From Torpedo marmorata (lineage: Eukaryota), in NCBI GenBank assembly GCA_977017645.1, contig OZ360223.1:99014001-99078000 (forward strand): a stretch of DNA of 64,000 nucleotides. The letters are read 5' to 3'. Below, piece by piece: positions 26,355-37,044 of the stretch. Both the position numbers and the translations under genes were made by a program. Below the pieces are notes generated by a model, which was not told the DNA's origin, searched no databases, and saw nothing but the letters and a program-made list of their open reading frames with translations. Each line of letters starts with the position of its first letter. Positions within the stretch are counted from its first letter, which is position 1.

Positions 26355-27248
26355 TGCTGTTCACCCTGCTGACTCATGACTGTGCAGCAAAACACAGCTC
26401 AAATCACATCATAAAGTTCGCTGATGATACAACCGTGGTGGGCCTTATCAGTAAGAACGATGAGTCAGCATACAGAGATGAGGTGCAGTCGCTAATGGAA
26501 TGGTGCAGAAACAACAACCTGCAGCTGAACGTAAACAAAACAAAAGAGTTGGTTGTCGACTTCAGAAGGGCCCGGGGGATCATTCTCCTTTGACCATGGA
26601 CGGCTCTACCATTGAGGTCGTAAAGAGTACCAAGTTTCTTGGAGTGCACTTGGCGGAGAGTCTCACCTGGTCCCTCAACACCAGTTCCATAGTCAAGAAA
26701 GCCCAGCAGCGTCTTTACTTCCTGCGGAGACTGAGGAAAGTTCATCTCCCACCCCCTATCCTTACTACATTCTACAGGGGATGTATTGAGAGTATTCTGA
26801 GCAATTGCATCACCGCTTGGTTTGGTAACTGTACCATCTCGGACTGAAAGACCCTGCAGAGGATAGCGAGGTCAGCGGAGAAAATTATTGGAGTCTCTCT
26901 CCCCACCATGACAGACATCTACAACACACGATGCATGAGGAAGGCTAAAAACATTGTGAAGGACTTCTCACACCCCTTTGGTAAACTGTTTTCCCCTTTG
27001 CCATCTGGAAGGAGGTACCGAAGCACTCGGGCTCGTACGTCCAGACTGTGCAACAGTTTTTTCCCCCAAGCCATCAGGCTCCTCAATTCCTAGATATATA
27101 TGTGTATTAGCAAGTTATAGTTTTTTCTATTGTATTATGATATTTATGTACATCTGCCCACGGTCCTGGAGAAACGCTCTCTCATCTTACTGTGTATATG
27201 GTAATGAACGACAAATAAAGGTGACTTGACTTGACTTGACTTGACTTG
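26355..27248 (+). mobile_element. Rex1/Babar LINE, 5'-truncated, relatively young
   Basis: [46 protein letters not shown]; AATAAA plus (GACTT)n tail. Confidence 0.93.
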
Positions 27249-27556
27249 GTGTTTGGTCCTGGTGTTCGAGTGCTCATGCAGGTCTCTCCAAAATGATCTA
27301 ACAGCTTCTGCCTCCACCACCTTTCCAGCAGTGCTCCTGACCCTTTTCTGCCTTGGGTAACTTCCCTCAAGTCTATCCGCCAACTGAATCAAATCTAGTT
27401 GTCGCACTCTATGCTAGGGTCCTTCCTATTCGCCTCATCTCAGCACCATGATTATGTGCAGCTTCTTTGCTTCAAAAGAATTAACTCCAGCCCAGCCAGT
27501 ATCTTCACAACTATAATTCTCCAGTGTTGGCAACATCCTTATAAATTTGATGTAAC

Positions 27557-27778
27557 ATTTTAATTTTAATTATACAGCAGAATAGAAGGCCCTTCCGGCC
27601 CATGAAACCCGTGCTGCCCAATTAACCGACCAACCCCTTACGTTTTGGAATGTGGGAAGAAATCGGAGCATCCGGGGAAAACCCACACAGGTCATGGGGA
27701 GAATGTACAAATTCCTTGCAGACAGCGCCGGATTCGAACCCTGGTCGCTGGCGCTGTGATAGGATTGCGCTAACTGTG
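27557..27778 (-). mobile_element. V-SINE
   Basis: gacagcgccggattcgaaccctggtcgctggcgctg (reverse head). Confidence 0.85.
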
Positions 27779-28128
27779 GAACCCTACTCTGCTCTCTCCA
27801 GAATAGTGCTTCAGCTGCGGCTTCACTACTGTCTGAGAAACTTCCAGCAACATCCTCTGTCCTCCTTTATTCTGTTACTCAACTGAATGGTCAGGAGCCT
27901 CTCATCTACCTGTCCCACCACACTCACAGTTTTGTCGGCATGCAGTCTAAGGTCCCCCTGATCTACACTTCTTGGGTACTGTATTTACTGCTTATCTTGC
28001 ACCATTTGCTCTCCATTAATACATCCTACTACTCTTGGCAGGATTCTGTGTCCACTGGGCAACCCACGGATAATCTCACTGTAGCTTAGAACTCTTTCAC
28101 TGCCAACCACACTGCCCATTTTGATATA

Positions 28129-28830
28129 CAGTGAAACCCCGATTTTACGCGCCCCGATTTAACGCGAATTCAGATATAACGCAATGAGTCATTGGACCTG
28201 CTGATCAGCCTGCGCCGTCTGCCCGGCACCTGAAGTACACCGTCAGGCCCTCGGCCGCCGACACCCGCTGTGGCGACCGCTCCCGGATCCGGGGCTTGTG
28301 GCAGGCCAGCGAGTGGTGGAGTGCGGCGCCGCGGAACTCCGGCAGCCGGCTGCCCTGCAGGTCAGCTGGAGACGCGCACACCGGCGGCCGCTGGTTGAAG
28401 CTGAGAGCCGGGCTGGTCCGCAGCAGCCAGCACAGGCGGCAGTTGCAGCACGGCGGGTTGTTGTCCAGGCGCAGCATGGCCAGGCTGCGCGCTGACGGCA
28501 GTGTGCTCTCTTCCAGCATGGTCAGCGCGTGGCCAGCTCCCTCAGCTGTACAGCTGCCGAAGGTTCTGCTCCTGCAGGGAGCTGATGCCCAGGTAACGCA
28601 GCCGGAGTGTGGCCAGGTTGTGCAGGTAAGGCAGGGATTCGGCAGAAATGGAGGTGAGGCAGGTTGAACAAGTTGCCGAAAGGTTGAACAAGTTGCCGAA
28701 AGTGCCCGGTTCCATGCTGCTGATGATGTTCTCGCTGTATATGTAAGTAACCCCGATTTAGCGTGACCCCGCTTTTTTCGCGATGACATTTTATGGACCC
28801 AAACGATCGCGTTATAACGGGGTTTCACTG
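28129..28830. mobile_element. Non-autonomous Tc1/mariner (Tigger/pogo-like) TIR element carrying a captured gene fragment (Pack-TIR)
   Basis: TA-CAGTGAAACCCCGATTTTACGCG ... CGCGTTATAACGGGGTTTCACTG-TA; 23-bp TIRs with 3 mismatches; TA at 28127-28128 and 28831-28832; subterminal CCCCGATTT repeats. Confidence 0.9.
28205..28738 (-). pseudogene. Fragmented LINGO-family (LRR, LRRCT, start of Ig) coding sequence inside the TIR element
   Basis: Three segments: SENIISSMEPGTFGNLFNL; LTSISAESLPYLHNLATLRLRYLGISSLQEQNLRQLY; LTMLEESTLPSARSLAMLRLDNNPPCCNCRLCWLL...PVCASP...ACHKPRIRERSPQRVSAAEGLTVYFRCRADG. They resemble recalled LINGO1-3 in order, with frameshifts and internal deletions. Confidence 0.85.
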
Positions 28831-29844
28831 TAATTTGGTGCAGTAGCTCCCACATTTAAGACCAAGGGGGTCCCGTTGCTGAGGCCTGCGGAACCCCATT
28901 TACACCAGCACTCCTGCTAGAACTATCATCCTCCCCACCCAGTTCGTTTGGGTCTTACTGTTCTGATCAATCTGCCACTTCTTCAAACGTGTTGCTTAGA
29001 TCTAACATTAGGTGCACTACCCTCATTGGAAGATTCAGTTCAGTCAGCAAACAAAAACACCGGGTTCACTGCAGTCTAATCCCACCGGGGCTCTCTTGCT
29101 TGAGCATTTGTCCCTCCACACTCAAGCCCATCAGGGGAAAGGGTTGGAGGGATCTCTCTGCTGGACAACAACGAGCCGCAGGCAGCTCTGGTTGGTTTTT
29201 ACCTCTCTGTGAAGCCACCTACGGCACAGGTGGAGTGGGGATCAAAGGTGAGATCCTCTGGTCTGCGTAGCTCAAATTTACCTGCACATGGATGAGCCTT
29301 AGAGATCAGGAAAGGCCTGAGCAGAGTCAAACTATTTAAGATTTATGTTACTATTGACAAAAGTCTATCAATGTTTGACAGAATGTTGAACTACCTGTAT
29401 TATTGATCGATAGTTTGGGAGGGGAGGAACAAGTGGGCTCTGTTCCAGGTTTGACTCCAACAGCCGAGACCCATGGCCTTTTGGGGAAGGGAAATAGAAG
29501 CGCAGTGCCATGGTTATTCGAAGCGGAAGAAGCGGTTCCTACTGCCGGTGTATGGCATCACCTCGTTTGATATCTCTTACACATTGGGACTGATGAGATG
29601 AGAATCGAACACAAAACCACACTCTCCCTTCTCTCCCACCAACCTCTACTCAGGTTGTCAGAGGCCTGTGACTAGACCACTATTTACCATAGTGGGTTGG
29701 CAATGCCAGCATTTATTACTCATCCTTAAAATCCCTGGAGAAAGTGGCGGTGCACCACCGCCTTCTGTGTGGTGTGAAAAGGTAAGTTGGGAAATGGAAT
29801 AGTTTGTCCCATTCCAAGTTAGTTCCAGGAAATGGAAATCAAAA

Positions 29845-30040
29845 ATAAAATACTGCAGATGCTGTGAATCTGAAATAAAAGCAGAATACTCAGCAGGTCA
29901 GGCAGCATCTGTGGAGAGAGGAACGGAATTAACATTTCAGCTCAAAGATCCTTAGCTTCAGAGCTGAAACTTTAACTTTGTTTCTCCTTCACGGACGCTG
30001 CCTGATCTGCTGAGTGTTTCCAGTGTTTTCTGCGTTTATC
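29845..30040. mobile_element. Penelope-derived hairpin element
   Basis: actcagcaggtcaggcagcatctgtggaga ... tcacggacgctgcctgatctgctgagt inverted arms. Confidence 0.75.
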
Positions 30041-30249
30041 TAATTTCCAGGAACTTTCCCAGGGAGGTTGAAGTGGTTTCTGGAACCAGGACATGTAATT
30101 AACGCCCAGTGCCAAGCTGAGCCGGCAGCAAGTCTACCAAGAGCACAAGAGGTGCACCGCAGCCCCAGGAGAGACGGAACTAGCAAGAGAGACAGAGAGC
30201 CACCATTCCACTCAGAGTTTGCATTCTCCCACCGCCTGCCACCAAGTAC

Positions 30250-30352
30250 CTGAATGAATGTCTCCATATCGCCATTAAACAATTTATGATTATACCGTGA
30301 GCGAGGCCTAGGCTTCCTCATTTTCTGTGGCTTAGGGGGGAGCGATGGGGGC
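30250..30352 (-). CDS. SRGAP3: SRGAP3 alternative exon 12a (long), (R)PPSLPPKPQKMRKPRPRSRYNHKLFNGDMETFIQ
   Basis: 103 nt; tctctcAG / GTactt; phase 2 to 0. Confidence 0.93.
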
Positions 30353-30866
30353 CTGAGAGAAATGGAACAAAATCAACACACAGAGAAAACAAGAACTTGG
30401 ATCCGAGCAACAACAGTTAATCATCCATTTTACAGGGTTCACCAGCAGTCATTACCCAGCATGATTTGAGGCTTTGCTTGCTGTGTAACATGAGCTTCAG
30501 CATGTACTGGTTGCTCTCCTCCCCCATCTTCTATGTTGGTTAGTCTGCTCTCTTCCTGATTCCATAGACACTAAGCAATGCTGGCCGCTCATTCATGTGG
30601 TCTTTCATTAGCTCTGAGTTGGGTTAGCAAGCAGCAGCAGGGTAGGGTCAATGACAGGTAAGGCTACCGCCAATCCAGCTCATATTCCTTCATTGTTTCC
30701 TAGAAGGAGGCCACTTGGCCCATCATCTCTTTGCCAGCTCTCTCAGAGCGTTCTTATCAGTCCCATTCCTCCACTAATTTTCCTGTAACCTCTTATCTCC
30801 CCCTTTCACATCAACTCCACCCCCCCAGATTCTACCACTCACCCACACACGAGGGGTACTTTAGAG

Positions 30867-31980
30867 CTGACATTCTCAACGGGAGCCACACCCTTCCCCC
30901 AGGGAGCCACAGCATATTTAAAGGGCGGCAACAGACTGAAATCATAATTTTTTTTTGTTTTTTATGTAGTCGGTAGGAGAGAAGTTTGGAAGAAACCAAC
31001 TAAACCTGACTGCTTCACAGGGAAGGGGGCCCATAAACTTTGAGAAGAATCCTAGATGTGTAGTGGACAGCGAGGAAGGCTTTTAAAGCTTGCAGAGGGA
31101 TCTGGACCAGCTGGAAAAATGGCCTGAAAAATGGCAGATGGAATTTAATGCAGACAAGTGTAAGGTGTTGAATTTTGGAAAGACAAACCAAGGTAGGACA
31201 TATATGGAAAGCGGTAGGTATCTGAGGAGTGTGGTAGAACAGAGGGATCGGGGAATACAGATACATAATTCCCTGAATGTGGCATCACAGGTAGAGAGGG
31301 TTGTAAAGAAAGCTTTTGGCACATTGGCCTTCATAAATCAAAGTATTGAATATAGGAGTTGGGATGTTATGGTAAAGTTGTATAAGACATTGGTGAGGCC
31401 AAATTTGCAGTATTGGGTGCAATCTTGGTCACCTAACTACAGGAAAGATATCAATACCATTGAAAACGTGTGTAGGAAGATTTATCAGGATGTTGCCAGG
31501 ACGTGAGGAACTGAGTTACAAGGAAAGGTTAATCAGGTTAGGATTTTATTCCCTGGAGCGTAGAAGAATGAGGGGAGATTTGATAGAGGTATACAAAATT
31601 ATCATGGGTATAGACAGAGTAAATGTAGGTAGGCTTTTTCCACTGAGGTTAGTTGAGATACTAACCAGAGGACGTGGGTTAAGGGTGAAAGGGGAGGTTT
31701 AGGAGGAATTTCTTCAACCAGAGAATGGTGAGAGTGTGGAACGAGCTGCCAGCTGAAGTGGTGAATGTGGGCTCAATTTTAACATTTAAAATAAAATTGG
31801 ACAAGTACATGGATGGAAGGTGTATGGAGGGATATGGTCTGGGAGCAGGTCAGTGGGACTAAAAACAATAATAATTCAGCACAGACTAGAAGGGCCAAAT
31901 GGCTTATTTTCTGTACAGTAATATTCTATGGTTCAATGGTTCTAAGGGGGCCATAGCCAAAAGAAAGTTGAGAATGGCAG
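30867..31980. mobile_element. hAT MITE, same family, split by a CR1 insertion
   Basis: TIRs CTGACATTCTCAAC / GTTGAGAATGGCAG; perfect TSD ctttagag at 30859-30866 and 31981-31988. Confidence 0.88.
31055..31943 (+). mobile_element. 5'-truncated CR1 LINE (end of ORF2 plus 3' UTR)
   Basis: KWQMEFNADKCKV, LYKTLVRPNLQY, RRRMRGDLIEVYKI; ttctatggttc-type tail. Confidence 0.92.
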
Positions 31981-32924
31981 CTTTAGAGTAACCACACCCT
32001 CGTGACCCGGGCGTCTTTGGGAGATGGGAGGATACTGGAGCATCTGGGTGGCGAAACCCACGCGGTCAGAGGGAGAACGTTCAAACTCCGCACAGGCAGC
32101 GTCGGAGGTCAGGATCGAACCCGGATCTCTGGAGCTGTGAGGAAGCAGATCCAGCAGCTGCGCCACTACATACTGCTAATGAGTGCCGTGGAGGCTTGGA
32201 GTATTGATTTGTGCCAAGAGTTCAAATCCCACCAAAGGCAACTGAAATTCAAATGATGAAACTATTCCGAGGTAAAGGGCCAGTGTTAATAATGTTGACA
32301 AGGAAGCTGTCAGATGGCTGAAAAATTCTATGCAAGATGTGACTCCGACCCTGCCCATGTCACTGACTCTAAACCGTCCTCTGAAATGACCCAGCAAGCC
32401 ACTGAACTCAGGAGAAATTTGGAAGCGGCAATGAGTGCCAAGGATGTTGCATTCCAAGAACGAGCGAGGTCATAATGAATGACAGACATTGCAGAAGGGC
32501 TGGTGATGGTGTGGCGGTTGGGATGGACCAATCCGAATGTTGTGTGACTGGTTACAGCCCTGTGCTCCCACTCTGGCTCAGCACAGAGCGGGCTTTGAAC
32601 CGGGAGAGTGTACTCCATGCCGTTGCTAGATGCAAAAGAATAAAAGTGTGGTTTGCTTTGGATCGGAGCCCAGCGATCACATCAACAATCCTCATCCACT
32701 GCATTCCCTGATCGACTTCAGCAGCTCTGCAATGCTGATCAGCTGGCAACACGCAGAGCATTGCAGCACAGGGATCTGATTACCAGAAATGCCAGCTAGC
32801 GGCAGTCAGCATCCTACTTACATCCTAATAACTCCTCGTATGCCTGCTTCTGTTGGGTTTGGACTCAATAACTTTGGCCGATCTCTGCATGAATGGGCTG
32901 GGACAGTCTAGGACTAGATAGTGC

Positions 32925-34025
32925 AGACTCAGAATAAAAGGATGTTCATTTAGAACAGAGATGAGGAGAATTGAGTGGCACAGTTAGCATAGCAGTTAGC
33001 ACAACGCCATTACAGCGCCAGCGACCTGGGTTCGAATCCGGCGCTGTTTGTAAGTAATTTGTATGTTCTCCCCGTACCTGCGTGGGCTTTCCTCCAGGTG
33101 CTCCGGTTTCCTCCTACCTTCCAAAATGTATGGGGTTGTATGTAAATTGGGTGTAATTGGACGGCACGTGTTTAAATGGCCGGAATCGGCTTCTTCCGTG
33201 TTGTAAATAAAATTTAAATTTAAAGTTTCTTCAGCCAGAGGGAGGTGAATCTATGAAATTCGTTGCCACAGACGGCTGTGGAGGCCAAGCCATTGGGTAG
33301 ATTTAATTTAATTTAAACATACAGCACAGTAACAGTCCCTTTCAGCCCACGAGCCCGTGCCGCCCAAATACTCCAATTAGTCTACAACCGCATTAACCTG
33401 CATCCAGTTTTCAACCAGATGGCATTAACATCGACTTTTCAGTTTCCTCTAGCCTACTCTCTGTTCTCCCTCCCTTCCCTTTCTCCTTGTCTTCTTTCCT
33501 CCAGCTCTCCACCCCCTTCCCTCTCCTTTCACAGAGTTATCAGCCACCCCTCCTCCCCCTGCTTGCTGGTGTGCCCTCCCTCCCTTATCCACCTACTACC
33601 TTCTGCCTTTGGGACTGTGCTCCTCCCCCTGCCTATCCCCACCCACCATTTTGTTCAGGCACCTGCCTACATTTTTTCATGCCTTGATGAAGGGTTCAAG
33701 CCCGAAACATTGGTTATGTATTTTTATTATATAAAGTACACTGTTTGACCTGCTGTTTCTCCAGCATTGTGTTTTCACATTAGCCTACAACCCCCATACA
33801 TTTTGAAGGGTAAGAGGAAACCAGAGCACCAGGAGGAAACTCACGCAGACAGGGGGAGAATGTACAAACTCCTTGAAAGCAGAGGTTTTTGATTAGAAAG
33901 AGCATCAAAGGTAATGGGGAGAGGCAGGAGAATAGGGTTGAAAGGAAAATTAGATCAACCATGATTCGAATGCCAGAACAGACTCGATAGGCCAAATGGC
34001 CTAATTCTACTCCTTATGGTCTTCT
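32925..34025 (+). mobile_element. CR1 3' fragment with nested V-SINE (+, ~32973-33225) and V-SINE (-, ~33305-33875), the latter split by a Penelope fragment (~33390-33778)
   Basis: CR1 sequence resumes after each insert; 14-bp duplication attag(t/c)ctacaacc at 33376-33389 and 33779-33792. Confidence 0.8.
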
Positions 34026-35462
34026 GGAATGAGACAGACCCCATTTCCAATCCGTAAATCTGCAGCCTGATAAATTAGCGTTCATGGTTTAAGAGGCTTC
34101 TAGATAGGGAAGGGGAATAGAGGGATATGGATCAGATGTAAGCAGTAAAGTTTTAGTTTTAGTTTAAATTGAGCATCAAGTTCAGTGCAGACATGTGGGC
34201 TGAAGGGCCTGTTCCTGCATTGGGGGAAGCTATGGGTAATAGATAGGGGGAGAGTTGCCGGGCATGGTGGGGCTGGGAAGGGAGTGGTACATTGCTCTTG
34301 GGCTGTAGTCGATAGCGGAATAACAGTAACAGCACTTGGTCACTTTCTTTAAACTGGACCATAAGGTTGGATGTGGTTATTACACACATGTGGTTCAGCA
34401 GCTTGTGGGTTCATCAATGGAAAGTGGTTCAATGAGAGAAGGAGAAGGTGCAGTATGATGGGGGGGTGGTGGGGGGGGGGGGAGAAGAGTGGGATTACTA
34501 ATCTATTATCAACACTCATGGAGAAAGGAACTGAAGAAGTGACTGACTTAATGCTTTATCTTTTACCAGTGTTCCAAAAGGGAGGTGGTCTTATTTTCAG
34601 TGGTGGGGTGTGAGAGGGGAGAGGGGAGCTGTCACTGTCGGATGGAATCTCAGACCAAAGCAAACAGGAGACTCAACCATAAACACAGCGGGGCCAGCAG
34701 AATGGGAGCCAGAGGTCAATTAAAGCAAAAATTAAACTGCTGGAAGGACTCAAAAGTTCAGGCATTTTCCATGCAGGCAAAGAGATGGTGGCTGTCTTGG
34801 GTCGAGACTCTGCATTAGGACTGAGAGTGCAGAGAAGAGATGAGCCAGGGGCGAGGCAGGGGCTGGCTGGTAATGGGTGGAACCACGTGAGGAGGGAGAT
34901 GATGGACAGATTGTGGGGGTGAAGCAGTGGAATTGGGTGAAACACAGCTGGGGAGCAAGAGTAAAAAAACCAGAGAAAGTGAGCAAGTTGGATAGAAGCA
35001 CAAAGTAAAACCAGGGCATGGTGCAGAGGAAGGGTGGGGCTAACGACATTCAAAATTAGGGCTGGTGTGCCACTCCTATAAATCACCCCACTGTCCATTT
35101 GTGGCTGCTGGATCAACGAACGAAGAGAGGAATAGTGAGAACTCTCATCCTATCCTCTCAGTGTTTTACCATTGAGGACATGAGATTAAGGTAAAGCATT
35201 GGGAGGCTTTCCTAACACATCAGGGTAGCAAATACATTTTGGAGAAGCAATGAGATTACTATCCTGACCACCCAGCGAAGTCATTCCTGGCAGTGAAGAC
35301 CAATGAAAAGACATCTTCCAGCATTCCTGTAGATTGTTATTATGGATTTAAATTAAGAATAGAATGTTCAGCATTTACTCAATAAGAAAAACATTACCAA
35401 GGTTAGTCGTATTAAGCAGAGCAGTAGTTACTAACACATACCTGCAGAGTTAAGCTTTAGAC

Positions 35463-35734
35463 CAGCCATTCTCAATGGGGGCCCTACACGCTCCCCACCC
35501 CCGCGCCCCCCCCCACCCCGCAACCGCCGGGGCACATTTAGGTAAAAGTCTTGTTTTCTTTTCACCTCACGTAACATAAATGTTTATGTTTTTCATGGAG
35601 TCAGTAGGAGAGAATTACGGAAGAAACTAAATCTTGACTGCTTCACAAGGAAGGGGGCCCATAAACTTTAAGCAGAGTCCTAAGGGGGGGGGGACGGGGG
35701 ACAACCATAGCTGAAAAGAGGTTGAGAATGGCTG
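35463..35734. mobile_element. hAT (Charlie/Buster-like) MITE
   Basis: TIR CAGCCATTCTCAA...TTGAGAATGGCTG; 8-bp TSD ctttagac/atttagac. Confidence 0.88.
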
Positions 35735-36107
35735 ATTTAGACAATCATGGTAGTTTACTTTGTAAAAGGTATATGCGAATTCTGCAGAAGTTTAAAGGGT
35801 ACAGAATCATTCAAAATGTTCGTAAATGTCTGCAGATGCCGGGATTGAGTGCAATACACAAATGTGCTGGAGAAACTCAGCAGGTCACGTAGCATCCACA
35901 GGAAGCAAAAAGGTAACAAATGTTTTTGGCCTGAGCACATATTTGATGAAGGGCCCAGGCCCAAAATGTTGGTTACCCTTTTACTTCCTATGGATGTTGT
36001 GTGACCTGCTAGGTTTCTCCAGCACGTTTGCGCAATGCAGAATGTTAGTCACTGCCAATAGACCAGGTTAAAGCTGCAACGTTAGGTGAATGGACTATTG
36101 TCTACAG

Positions 36108-36340
36108 CAGCCATTCTCAACGGGGGCCCTATGGCACCCCTGGGAGCCACAGCACATTAAATAAAAGTCTTGATTACTTTTCACCTCACGTTACATAAAT
36201 ATTTTTTATGTTTTTTATGTAGTTGGTAGGAGAGAAGTACGGAAGAAATCAAAACTTGACTGCTTCACAGGGAAGGGGGCGCATAAACTTTGAGCAGTCC
36301 TGGGGGGGGGGCATAGCCGAAAACAGGTTGAGAATGGCTG
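36108..36340. mobile_element. hAT MITE, same family
   Basis: Same TIRs; TSD gtctacag/gtccacag. Confidence 0.88.
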
Positions 36341-36660
36341 GTCCACAGGACCCCGGTTTCAGTCCCAGCCTCTACTGCCTACCCATATTTGGCCTGATCT
36401 TTTGACAAGGCACTGGGGAGCGGGCAGGTGGGTCCCACCACATTATGTGACAATTTCTTCATGAAAATGACCACTGAACCAATAGCATCTGTGGAGACCT
36501 CCACAGGAGGAGTGAAGCTTGACACTGGAACAATCAATCAGCCCATGAAAGCTGAATAAGTCAAAATGACATTGTGAAGTGCTCCACCTTTCATTGGTTG
36601 ACTTGCATGAACCTCTAACAGACCTTCACTGATTAATGGTAAAGAATGTCGATATCCTAC

Positions 36661-36688
36661 CTTGAAGTTCCACATTCGGCCTTCTCAC
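36661..36688 (-). CDS. SRGAP3: SRGAP3 28-nt microexon (~11), (G)EKAECGTS(R)
   Basis: ccccctccAG / GTagga; phase 1 to 2 fits neighbours; resembles recalled human GERAECGTTR. Confidence 0.9.
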
Positions 36689-37044
36689 CTGGAGGGGGAA
36701 ATAGCACATCAGAATTCCGCACCAAAGAATCAATGTTTATTTCCCCAACACTTCAAGAATCATGGAACCACATCCATAAATCCCTTCAGATAATTTAAAA
36801 TAACATAACACCGTGAAACACTGAGAAACCATCTCCCCTGATTTTTGTTACCAAAACAGGTGCTTATGTGGACATTTACAGCACTTATATAAACCTGAGA
36901 CACTTAGGCCTATTGGGCTGTGCTAAGGCAATCCAAAACTAATCCCATCAAGTTCCTTTCATATTATATCTTCAAGCATCGCCAAAGCAGGGACAGCAAC
37001 ACGACCTCCAACTGATAAGTTGCAATAATACTCCGCCACTCGAC

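Noticed and set aside
28205-28855. 216-aa ORF as an intact nested LINGO gene
   Set aside because: The start lies outside the TIR, the N-terminal half is out of frame with the LRR pieces, and there is no signal peptide, complete Ig or transmembrane segment; it is a captured fragment.
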